Shown piece after piece: positions 14,322 to 26,109 of a DNA stretch of 64,000 nt. Position numbers and translations under genes: made by a program. The notes beneath the pieces are model-generated. The model worked only from the letters and a program-made list of their open reading frames with translations. It did no database searches and was not told where the DNA came from. The stretch is from the NCBI GenBank assembly GCA_002104945.1, contig MCFH01000069.1, positions 124,001 to 188,000 on the forward strand. Direction: 5' to 3'. The DNA is from Piromyces finnis finn. Its lineage: Eukaryota > Fungi > Neocallimastigomycota. Each line of letters starts with the position of its first letter. Position 1 is the stretch's first letter.

Positions 14322-14556
14322 CCCTCTTGGGTACGTGCCTTGGTGTTCCATTTGATAAGAATCTGTCCCTTAAACCAGTTATTAAAACTCTTAATAACAA
14401 AGTTTTGAAAGGCCTTTTTTCAGTCAGTAAATTCTTAAGAAATCCTAATATTCCTATTCCTTTCAAAAAACTAGTACTTAACTCTCAAGTGATTAGCAGA
14501 GTTTCATACTTTGCACCATTACTTGGATCCAACAAAGCTAGGTCTAGGATTGCTCA
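14322..14556 (+). mobile_element. Chimeric LINE scrap: element 5' tip joined to a late-RT segment
   Basis: 14322-14341 matches 38441-38460 (1 mismatch); 14339-14556 matches 42325-42542; the shared junction is CTT. Confidence 0.9.
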
Positions 14557-16132
14557 AATCTATTCCAATATTACATTATTTTATGTTTATATAACATTTA
14601 TAGTAATATTCAATTATATTATTAATTAAGGTTTTTAGGTTCATTTTATATCACTATTTATTATACTTTTTTTTATATTTTATATTAATAAGCTTATCTT
14701 TATTATTTTTTTTAATTTTAATAACTGCGGTAAGTGAAAAAATAAATTAAATATAAATTAAGTATGATATAAGAAAAATGGAATAAAGTTACATGTAAAA
14801 AAATTTATGATTAGGAGAATTAATAATAATAATAATTATTTATTAATACTTATTAATAGTACTTATTATTATTCCCATTATTCCTATTATTATGTAGGAT
14901 GATGATAATTCATAATTAGGAGAATTAAATCATTAAATTATCATTTGTAATAATTATTATTACTAGTATTATGTTTTATTATTTCATTGTTTTTTTATTA
15001 TATAAAGAATCCTTTACTTTTTTTAATATTAATTAGTTAATATAGGATTTACCAAACTAGTTATAATTATTATTATAACAACATAACAACAATGATAATA
15101 ATAAAAAAAAAAAACAAATTAAATTATTAGATAATAAAAGTAATAGGATTAAAAAAATCTATTTAATAATTAATTTATTATTTTAAAAATATTTCTAATT
15201 TATATTATAATAAAAGTTTTATTATAATTACTTTTTTTTTATCAAGTATATTTTAGAAATATTAATCTATTATTTATATTTAATAAAAAGTTAAACTTAG
15301 TTTTTTTATTCCAATTAATTATATAATTATATTTATCTATTTTATTTATTATTTTCATATAGACAAACCAATAAAAATAAAAAAAAAATAAAAATAGAAA
15401 AAGTAATGTGGTGAAGAAATGGTCGTGGTAATTATATATAAAATAAGATTTATAATGGCTTGTTGTATTACGTTACACAATATTTTGTTCACCTTAATGA
15501 ATAATAAAATATATAAAATAAGATTTAAATATTTCCTATTTTAAGTTAAAATAAATAATAAGATAATGTTTTTATATATTAGAGTAACATTGTTTTTAAA
15601 TTAAATTATTGTTATTATTGGTTAGGATAATAAGAAATAATATAATAGAAATTAAACAATAATAATCATATCATAACTGAACTATATATATTATATATAA
15701 TATAATATATATTAATAGTAGTTATTTATATTAAAAGCAGTGTATTTTTACTTTTAAATAATATAAATATATTTAAATAAATGAATTGCATAATTAAATA
15801 ATTCTTACATTATTTTTTATATTAATTTTTATATTAAATAATTCAAATTATAATAATTAAGGTTTCTTTTTGTAGGATAAAATTTTTAAATAAAAAGAAA
15901 AATTTATATAAATAATCACATATTTTGCCTTTAATTTTTAGTTATATTATTTAATTATATTTTTTTTTATTTTTTTATAGTAATTATAAAAAAATAAAAA
16001 AAAATTTAATAATAAATATAAATTAAAAATAAATAAATAAATAAAAATTAAATAAATTACAAATAAAAAATTAAATAAATAAAAAAAAATTAAATAAAGA
16101 AAAAAAATTAAAAAAAAAAAAAAAAAAGCAAA

Positions 16133-18735
16133 ATGAAATTATTTAACATTTTCTTTGTAGCAATTGTTTGCTTTTCTTCAGTTTTAACTGTTCCAGTTAA
16201 TCATCCAGCTAAAAATGGTAAGTATTTAATAAAAAATATATAAAATTATAATTATATATTGTTTATTTTTTATCTATATTAATATATAATATTATAAATA
16301 ATATTATATATAATATAGGAAAGAAACAAAATGAAGACTATGAAACAAAACATATCAATATAATTAATAAATATAGTGCTGAAAGTACTGTATTATTAAG
16401 AAGAAATAAAGATTTCCCATTAAAGGCTAATGAAAAGAAAATTTCCTTATTTGGTAATGGTATCAGAAAAACTATTAAAGGTGGTACAGGTTCTGGTGAT
16501 GTTTATTCTCGTACCTTTGAAAATGTTGAAGAAGCCTTCATTAGTAATGGATATAAAATTTTAACCAAGGACTTTTTAGATGAATATGATAAAGTTTACG
16601 AAGAAGCTCATCATAAATTCCTTGAAGAAATTAATAGTAAATATGATAATCCAATCATGTCAATGTTAGAAAATATGGGTGCTAAAATGGATGAACCAGA
16701 ATATAATATTCCATATGCTAAGAAAGGTGATGTTGCTATTTATGTTTTATCCAGAATTTCTGGTGAAGGTACCGATAGAGCTGTTAAGAAGGGTGATGTC
16801 TTACTTACTGATACGGAAGTAAAAATGATTAATACCTTAGCTAAGGGTTACAAGAAATTTATGCTTGTATTAAATACTGGTGGTCCAGTTGATTTATCTC
16901 CATTAAAATCTGTTAAAAATATTTTAGTTTTATCTCAACTTGGCGTTGTTACCTCACAAACTTTAGTTGATATTGTTAGTGGTAAAAAATATCCATCTGG
17001 TAAATTAACTACTACTTGGACTAAATATGAAGATTATTCAAAGATTGGTGATTTCGGTGATAAAGATGATACTTACTACAAGGAAGGTATTTATGTCGGT
17101 TACCGTTACTTCGATTCTGCTGATGTTGATGTTATGTTCCCATTCGGTTTTGGTTTAGGTTACACTGACTTCAAATATACCGTTGAATCTGCTAAACTTA
17201 AGGGTGAAGAATTCAGAGTCGATGTTTCCGTCAAAAATACCGGTAAATTTAACGGAAAGGAAGTTATGCAATTATATTTATCAAAACCAGGTAAAACTTT
17301 AGATGAACCATACCAAATTTTAGTTCAATTCGATAAGACTAAGGAATTAGCTCCAAAGAAGTCTGACACTCTCCGCCTCAAATTTAAACTTTCTGATTTT
17401 GCTAGTTATGATACCGCTACTGCTTCTTACATCTTAGAAGCTGGTACTTATATCGTTCGTGTTGGTAATTCTAGTAGAAATACTACTATTTGTGGTCAAA
17501 TTGTTATTAAATCAAAGATTGTTGTCAAGAAGTTACAAAATAAATTAGGTAACCCAGGTTTCAAAGATGTCACTCTTCACTCTAAGAAGAAGGATTCTAA
17601 AGCTAAATTAGCTTCTGTTCCAAAGTTTACACTTAAGGCTTCTTCTATTCACACCTTTACTCAATCCTACAACAAGACTTACACAGTTTCTGATGAAGTT
17701 AAGGCTTTAACTAAGGAACAAAAGGCTTCTTTAGTTGTTGGTGCTTTTGGTGTAACTGAAGGATCTAGCAGTATTGTTGGTGCCGCTGCTTATACTGTTG
17801 CTGGTGCTGCTGGTCAATCTGCTATGGTTGCTGATTTAAGACCAATTATTATGGCTGATGGTCCAGCTGGTTTAAGATTAGCCAAGGATTATTACATTGA
17901 TGAAACTGGTGCTCACACTACTGATGGTCCATTTGCTGCTTTAATTGATGTTTTAACTGATGAATTCAAGGAAATGATTTCTTTCATGAACCCACAAATT
18001 CCAGAAGGTACCACTATTTATCACCAATACGCTACTGCTATTCCAATTGGTACTGCACTTGCTCAAAGTTGGAACAGAGAATTTGCTACCGTTTGTGGTG
18101 ATATTGTTGGTACTGAAATGGAAATTTTCAAGGTTCAATTATGGCTTGCTCCAGCTTTAAATATTCACAGAAGTATTTTATGTGGTAGAAACTTTGAATA
18201 CTATTCCGAAGATCCATTCATTAGTGGTATTATTACTGCTGCTATTACTAATGGTGTTCAAAAACACAAGAATGCTTTTGTTACTATGAAGCACTATGCT
18301 GCCAACAATCAAGAATATAACCGTTACTACAGTAACAGTCATGTTTCTGAAAGAGCCATGAGAGAAATTTACTTAAAGGGCTTTGAAATTGCTATTAAGG
18401 AATCTAAGCCAAAGGCTGTTATGACTTCTTACAATTTAGTTAATGGCGTTCACACTAATGAAAGTAAGGAATTAACTAATGATATCTTAAGAAATGAATT
18501 TGATTTCGATGGTATTGTTATGACAGATTGGATGAGTGGTTTCCCAGATAATCAAAAGTACGCTATTCCATATGCCAATAATGTTATTAAGGCTACTGGT
18601 GATATCTACATGCCAGGTTCACAAGGTGATTACGATAACATTCTTAAGGCTTTAGAAGATAATAAATTATCTATGGAAGAATTAGAACTTAGTGCCGCTA
18701 GAATTTACGATTTAGCTAAGGAAATCGAAAATTAA
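16133..18735 (+). CDS. Secreted GH3 beta-glucosidase with inverted domain order (GH3_C - Fn3-like - GH3_N)
   Basis: Exon 1 16133-16217 (signal peptide), GT-AG intron 16218-16318, exon 2 16319-18735, 833 aa. Motifs: ESTVLL...KGGTGSG, YKEGIYVGYRYFD, ADGPAGLRL, GRNFEYYSEDP, KHYAAN, C-terminal GIVMTDW nucleophile. Confidence 0.95.
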
Positions 18736-19899
18736 ATATAAAAAAAAGGACAATAAAATAATCCTTTTTAAAAATAAAATCATTTTATTTTATTATAGAT
18801 TAAAAAAAAAAGTAAAGAAATAATTTTTCAAGTAATAATTATTATATAAATGATAGAAGAATAAAAAAAAATATAATAATAGAATTATTATTTTTTTTTA
18901 ATAAAAATATTAATAGAATATATATAATAATTATTCAAGAAGTAATTTTTCAATTATATTTAAATAGTCGTATTTATATAAAAAAAAAAAAAAGATAGAA
19001 ATAATAAATCAAAAAAAAAAAAAAAAAAAAAAAAATCAAAAAAAAAAAAAAAAAAATAAATAAATATATAAATTATAAAAAATAATTGCTTTTTTTTTTT
19101 TATACTTTATTTTATAAAATTTCTAATTTATACAATGTGTTATTAAAAAAAAAAAGATATTCAGATAAACTAAAATATATATTTACTATTTATTTTTTGT
19201 CTGATATGTTTATTTTTTGTCTGATATGTTATTCCTGATGATTTTCTCAACAAGAAATATAAAAAGTTTATATAAATTTTAAAAGAAGAAGAAAAATAAA
19301 ATTATTTTTTCAATATCAACCCAAAAACCTTTTATTATTTATAAAAAAATAAATCATTCTATTTCTCAAACAATAATTTGCTTGAAATGAATGAGTAATC
19401 ACTATTTTTAACCTTTACCATCCCATAGTACAAAAAGGAAATAATAATAATGTTGATTTTATTCTATTTTGATTAACCAATAGAAACAATAATTAAAAAT
19501 AGGAAAGGAAAAGAAAAATTGATTAAAAAAAATTAAAAAATAAATAAAAAAAGAATAATTATTTATTATTTATTATGGGCATTTTAACATTATCATTTTA
19601 ACATTATCTTATCATATACTTCCTTTGGTTATTCAATGAATAAATTGTAAAAACATGATGGAGAAACGTCAAATAATTGTAATAATATAAAGAGTTTATT
19701 AAAAAAAAATTTTCAAACACTGCTAAAAATGGTAATTGTTGTAATGTTGAATATTATGATAGCTTTCTTGATGAATATTTTAGTGTAATTGAGTGTGATA
19801 TTAATGGTCGAATAAAAGAAATGTAAAGTATTTTAAAATAAAAAATATAGCTGTATGACTTGTATGTATAATGTAATAAAAAATAAATACTATTACATT

Positions 19900-20307
19900 A
19901 TAAATATAAATCATACGAGTTTTAGCTTTTAATTTCTCATCACGATGCCTTTTGGCCGCAGCAACAATAGCTTCATAGTTAGGCGAATAAGTGGTTGCTG
20001 TAACATCGGGTTTCATTGTATTATTATTGTTATTATGGTAGTAGTTATTATTGTTGGCAGTTTGATTAACGGAAGTTTGCCCTCTTCCATAACCTAGTTT
20101 TTTGTATAATATGAAGAGTTCATGTGTGGGCAAAATCTGGCTGGCAATATGACCTGATTCATGGCAGAAATAACAAGTCTTTATATGTAAGTTTTGCATT
20201 CCGTTAATCAGATCATTCATCTTATCGTTTTGATTATTGATACTAGTATTTGATCTTGCATTATTATTAGAATTTGATGTATTAGCATATTGTGTACTTA
20301 GCACCAT
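19900..20307 (-). mobile_element. Retrotransposon gag relic with CCHC zinc knuckle (probably Ty3/gypsy)
   Basis: CYFCHESGHIA; removing a 4-bp duplication (tggc tggc, 20138-20145) restores C-x2-C-x4-H-x4-C (GHIARFCP). Asn-rich flanks. The superfamily call is inference. Confidence 0.6.
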
Positions 20308-20663
20308 TGTTCATTATATTATAGTTTTTACTATAATTAACATTATTAACATTACTACCATTGTTATTATTATTATTATTAACGTTATTATTTACTTTAA
20401 TATTATGTGGAGAATTATAATTATGTAATGTAATAAAATTACAAAAATTAAATTACAACCAATCAAATTTCAATTTATTTTAATAAATAGAAAATTCTGA
20501 AAATTCTAAAATAAAAAAAATTAAATTAATTTTAAATTAATGGACCAATAAAATAAAAAGTGTTTTAAATGTAAAAATTATAAATTGACATTAATAAATA
20601 AAACAAAATTTACTTTATTTAAAAATGTATTATTTATAATAATTAATTTCAAATAACACAACC

Positions 20664-20979
20664 TTTTATGATGATGATGGTGAATTAAGTATACCAAAAA
20701 AAAAAAAAGAATTGAAAGTCTTGATGGAGCTAGGAAATTTTAAGTAATATTAATCCAAATGCTAATTATACTTTCTTCGAGCCTTTTAAATATACTAGTA
20801 CATCAAACTTATCTATTAATAATTCTCATCCCGATTTCAGTAGGGGAAAGTTTTCAATGTATAATTATATCACTTATTATAATGACAAAGAAAAATAGGA
20901 AGAAATTGGTAGTATAAAAGCTAGTTGGATTTATAATGTTTTTGTTGGCGATAACAATGACGTTTGGATTACATGCTAA
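20664..20979 (+). pseudogene. 3' fragment paralogous to the gene at 35746-37666
   Basis: Matches ~37348-37666, ending ...ASWIYNVFVGDNNDVWITC*; carries CAG>TAG and indels. Downstream non-coding similarity continues to ~21335 (versus ~37940). Confidence 0.88.
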
Positions 20980-21325
20980 ATCGCTATAATACATAGGCAA
21001 ATTTTAAATTGAAAAGAAATAAGCTTAAAAATATATAAATATATAAAAATTATAGAAAGAAAAAAATTAAAAAAAAAGGAGAGGAAATAAAGAAAGAAAA
21101 AAAGTAATATTAACTATAATTTTATTTATTACATCAAAATCTATATATAAAGTAAAAGTAAAATATAATAAATAAATTTATTTGTAATAACTATTTATAT
21201 ATACATATATTTTTATACATTACTGATTTTTATCATTAAATGGAATTTAAAAACTTTAAGGAAGAATATTAATCATCTGTTACTTATTATATATATATTT
21301 ATGTGAAATTTATTATGGTAATATA

Positions 21326-21334
<9 letters not shown>

Positions 21335-21367
<33 letters not shown>
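21335..21367. repeat. (ATT)n microsatellite
   Basis: Directly visible. Confidence 0.9.
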
Positions 21368-21368
<1 letters not shown>

Positions 21369-22752
21369 TATTTATATTATTTTATTTTTTATTTTATAAA
21401 GCAAATATTTATTAAATGTTTATTAATTATTCTAACAATTTTTATCATTAAAAAAATAAAATTACATTGAATCATCTATATATATCATGAATAAAATGAT
21501 TTAAAAAATATTTTATATAACCTTATTCCAACAATACATATTAACGACAATAAAAATAACTATTAAATACTTTATGTGGTGTATTCATTAGTATTTTAAA
21601 TATTTTGTGAATATAATAAGGACATTTATATTTATTATAACTATTGTCAATAAATACAATTTGATTATCTATATAATCAATTGCATGCCAATATTCATCA
21701 TAATATATTAATATATTAATTAAAAATTTACTATATTTGTTTTGAATTAAGGATGCTAAAAAACATAATTTTATCATTAAATATTCAGTATAATTATCAA
21801 AAGTATTAAACTAAAAACTTTATTAAAAGTAGAATTAAAAATTAATTTTTAATATAAAATAAAATAAATTTTAAATTAAATTTCATATTAAAAAGATTAT
21901 TTTTTATTAATTTTAATTTAAATAATTTTCCTTGAATAAATATGAAATAAATATTTAATATAAAATAATAATTTTTATTTACTTTTTAATAGTATATAAA
22001 GTTTTTAAAGAAGTTTACATTATAAAAATTAATTAAATATTAATAATTTAATTTATGAAAATGAAAAAAAAATTGAAATAAATTATTAAAAAGGAAATTT
22101 CCCACATTTAATTTAATATCTAATAATTATTAATTATTAAAAAGTCTTTATTAAGTAATAAATAATAATAGTAAAGAAATTTATTTTTTAATTTTTAAAA
22201 TAAAAAGAAAATTATTAAACAGTGGTATATATTATTACTATTAAATAGTTTTATGTTTCAATTTCATTATATCTAATATTGGTTTAATATCACATTTATT
22301 AAAGATTTATTAATGGTTTGATTAAAGATGAAATAAAAATTCATATTTTAAAGTTATTTAATTTGAAATATAAAAGGAACTCGATTTTTCTTTCAAGAAA
22401 AATTATTTTAATAATCATTAATTTCAAACATTATAATATTTAAATATTCTAATCTTTTTTAAAAATATTATTATAATTAATATTTTTATTAATTAATTAC
22501 TTAATATTTCATCTATATTTAGGTAAGAATAAACGATTTAAAATATTAATTATATTTATTAAATTAAATAATAATTTAACTAATTATTTATAAAAATTAT
22601 AAAATAATTTTTAGATGTTATTGACTTTAAAAGTCAAATTGTAATATATAATAACTTTTAATCAAAATCCAAGTACCTTTTATATTTGTATATAAACTAA
22701 ATTTTAAAAACTTTTTTTTAAAATTCTTAAAAGAAATAATATAAATATCAAA

Positions 22753-24504
22753 ATGTTCAAGAATATTTTAAAATTTTTCGCTTTACTTTCTGTATCCAGT
22801 GTTTGTTTTGTAAATGCTGATTCACCATTAATCAACGAAAAGGCAGCTAAAAATGTCTCTCTTGAATACACTAAAGATGGTGTTTTAAGAAAAGAAGATC
22901 AATGTTTTATAAATTTTGCCAATTTCGGTATTAAAAATGATATCATTAACATCTCTGTAAAGAAAGAAAATAACAATGATGGTTCTTTCAATTTAAGAAT
23001 CGGTGAATTAAAAAATGGTAATGAAGGTCTCAACAATTACAAAACTGGCTATCGTTTTACAGATGATGAAATCAAAGATTATGTTAAAATTAAACAAAAT
23101 AATGTTGAAATTAATGATTTTTTCATTGCTTCTGTCGTTGATGGAAAATTCTCTTTACTCATCAAGAACTTAAAATCTTGTGATGGACTTTCTATTAAAC
23201 AAGCCTACAAAACAGAAGCTCTCATGGCTACCTACTTGTACTATTCTAATGTTTCTCCACTCGACATCAATCATGCATTCGATATTGCAGAATTCGGACC
23301 TTCTTCCAACAATGTTCCATACGATATAATCCATTGGGATATGAATACCGGTTTGGATCGTGTCAGAGAACAATGTCGTATCTACATTGATTACAATCGT
23401 AGAGAACAAACCGGTGGTAACCATTGGATCTGGTATCTTTCTACCGACAATATAAATGGTGAAAAGTGTGATAACACAGCCTTCTACAAAGCTGCTAAGA
23501 GTTCCTATGTTGACTATGAACAAATGGATGAACTCTTTGGTGATTACTATGAAGGATATGTTATTAAGAGAGAAGGATCCGAAAATGGACATATGGATGG
23601 TATTCTTGTTAACCAAAAGTATTTAATTGAAATTTATCAAGATGGTTGCAGTGAACAAAACAAGGATCAAGTCATCTGTACTATTTCATCCAACAAAAAG
23701 TTGAGTTATGAGGAATTCCAAAAGGAATTTGCAGATAATTGTTTAGATGTTATTGTTGATCAAAAAGAAAAGGCAGAATGGAGTGTTAATGCTAATAACA
23801 TTACTGCTAAATTCAGTCAATATTCTATCAACATTGAAAATTACAATCGTGGTAGCTTGCCAAAATGTGAAACCGAATCAGTTTCATACAAGGAATTCAA
23901 AGCAGCTGAATCCAGTGGTATTGCTCGTTTCACAGTTAATATGAGTTGTGGTGAAGGAACATTTATTGGTGATAAATGCAGATGTTCAGCATGTCCAGTA
24001 AACTGTGCTAGTTGTCTTGATGGAAATACTTGTACTAAATGTAAGGAAGGAAGTTCATTAATTAATGGTAAATGTGTTTGTAGTAAAGGATTCATTTCTA
24101 ATGAAGAAGGTGTTTGTGTTATTGAACCACTAGCTACTACCACTACTACTATTGAACCAACTACTATTATTGAAGAAGAAGTAACTGAAGTTAAAGACGA
24201 AGAAATTACAAAAGAAGAACCTTCATTAAGTTCAGATGAAGAAGAAGCAGAAGAAATAACATCAGTTGAAGAAGTTGAAGAAATCGACTCAGCTGATGAA
24301 AATGTTAATGAAGATATTATTGAAGATGAAAAATCCACCGAATTAGATGAAAACGATGAAATTAAAGAAGAAATTAATTCAACCACCATTAGACACATTA
24401 CTAAAACTATTACTATGATGAGACAAACCATTCCAGTAACTAAAAAGCCAGCTACTAAGAAACCAAAGAAGACCATTCGTAAATGTCGTGTTAAACTTCA
24501 TTAA
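22753..24504 (+). CDS. Secreted protein: unknown N-domain, furin-like Cys-rich repeat, Thr/Glu stalk, ending RKCRVKLH
   Basis: 583-aa intronless ORF with signal peptide; CSACPVNCASCLDGNTCTKCKEGSSLINGKCVC; acidic low-complexity linker. Confidence 0.88.
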   Translation: MFKNILKFFALLSVSSVCFVNADSPLINEKAAKNVSLEYTKDGVLRKEDQCFINFANFGIKNDIINISVKKENNNDGSFNLRIGELKNGNEGLNNYKTGYRFTDDEIKDYVKIKQNNVEINDFFIASVVDGKFSLLIKNLKSCDGLSIKQAYKTEALMATYLYYSNVSPLDINHAFDIAEFGPSSNNVPYDIIHWDMNTGLDRVREQCRIYIDYNRREQTGGNHWIWYLSTDNINGEKCDNTAFYKAAKSSYVDYEQMDELFGDYYEGYVIKREGSENGHMDGILVNQKYLIEIYQDGCSEQNKDQVICTISSNKKLSYEEFQKEFADNCLDVIVDQKEKAEWSVNANNITAKFSQYSINIENYNRGSLPKCETESVSYKEFKAAESSGIARFTVNMSCGEGTFIGDKCRCSACPVNCASCLDGNTCTKCKEGSSLINGKCVCSKGFISNEEGVCVIEPLATTTTTIEPTTIIEEEVTEVKDEEITKEEPSLSSDEEEAEEITSVEEVEEIDSADENVNEDIIEDEKSTELDENDEIKEEINSTTIRHITKTITMMRQTIPVTKKPATKKPKKTIRKCRVKLH

Positions 24505-25059
24505 TATTAATTTTAATATTTAATAATAATTTTATTATATAATATTAAAAACATAGAAATAATAGAAATATAGACATGATAATATATAAATGAAAATAAA
24601 TATATAATACTATTTATTAAATATAATATATATAATATAATATAAATAGATAAATTTATATAATTTCTTTTATTATATTATCAAAAATAATTATTTTCAT
24701 ATAATTAATAAATATTATAATATGAAAAATACTAAATATATAAAAATATTTTAAATATTATTATTTAATATTTTCTTTTTTTTAGATTAGTTTTTACTTT
24801 TTTAGTTTTTACTTTTTTCGTGTTAATTTTTTTATTATTGATTATTGCTTATTTACTTAAAAAGTTTTTATCATTATTTTTTATGTATACATATATTTGA
24901 AAATTTATAAAATATAATAAAATTATTGTAAAAGAGCAAAACATAAGATATTTGTGTATAAAATATTTTATTATATTTATTAATTAATAGAAATATTTAT
25001 TACCTTTTATTTTTTTTAGTACATTAATGAAAATAACTAAAGATTATTATTATATTTTT

Positions 25060-25500
25060 ATTAATAATAAAAAAGACATAATATTTTCAAAAAACATTTA
25101 TTTCTTTAATTCTTCCACATCATCTATATCTATATTCCACCATTTGTTCCATTCATCTGCCTTCTAACCATTCATATATCCATTTTTGGTATATAAATCA
25201 AGACAATCACCGAAACCACAACGACTAAATGGAACAATTTCAAAAACATAACTATTATAATACATTTCTTTCCATTCATTAATATTCATGTTTGAGAAAT
25301 TATATTCTTCAATTATCCTATTATTTTTTCTTTTGAAAAGCAGCATGGCCTAATTGAAGATTGATAATAAGGTTCAAATTCATAGTCGTCAACATAATTC
25401 TCAATATTATCTTCATATTCTGCATATATTTCCCAACGAATTGGTTCTTAATAGAGGTTAATTCTTCTCCATAACAGTAACAAAAGAGAAGGAGTGAGAG
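25060..25500 (-). pseudogene. Unidentified degraded coding relic (Trp/Cys/Tyr-rich)
   Basis: Protein-like pieces IRWEIYAEYEDNIENYVDDYEFEPYY and FSRCGFGDCLDLYTKNGYMNG*KADEWNKWW, with stops and shifts. Family not recognised. Confidence 0.4.
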
Positions 25501-25552
25501 AAATACTATCCCTATTAAAAAGAAGTCAATGAAGAATGTCAGAAAGAAAATG

Positions 25553-25923
25553 AAATTGAATTAGAAAAGAAAAATAATAATGAATTTCTGAAAATAAAAG
25601 AAATTTAATTAAAAAAAATAGACTCTGAAAAATTTCAGAAAGTAAAAAAGATTGAATTAAAAAAAATGGAATATGAAGAATATCAGAAAAAAAAAAAAGA
25701 TAAAAAAAACTATAGAGAATATCAAAAAAAAATATCATACTTTATATTTTGATTTTTCCAAATTTGTCACCAAATATAAAGAAATGGATAATTATTTAAA
25801 ATATATAAATAAAAGATTTAAAAACGATATTGAAAATTTATTTCCAGGTCTTAAATTATTAAATGAAGATATGTATAATGATAATATAATTGATAATATA
25901 AAAGATTTATCTTTTGAATTAAA
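25553..25923 (+). repeat. ~370-bp direct copy of an AAA-ATPase gene segment (second copy 33234-33601)
   Basis: Near-identical text apart from A-run lengths; encodes KYHTLYFDFSKFVTKYKEMDNYLKYINKRFKNDIENLFP. Confidence 0.92.
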
Positions 25924-26109
25924 TGAATCAATATTATTCTTTTTAATATAAATATGCTAATTTTTTAATTTTTTTATGATAATGATATTACAATAAATTA
26001 TTGAACTCCAATTTTAAAAATAAATAAATATTTAATTAAAAATATAAAAAAACAGAAATTAATGTTTAACAAATATATAAATAAATATAAAATTTAAAGA
26101 AAAAAATAA

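Noticed and set aside
21541-21777. 78-aa N/Y/I-rich ORF as a gene
   Set aside because: Short, no motif, and plausible by chance in AT-rich DNA; mentioned only for its compositional similarity.
23170-24476. ORFs 23170-23616, 23747-23944 and 23841-24476
   Set aside because: Shadows of the 22753-24504 gene.
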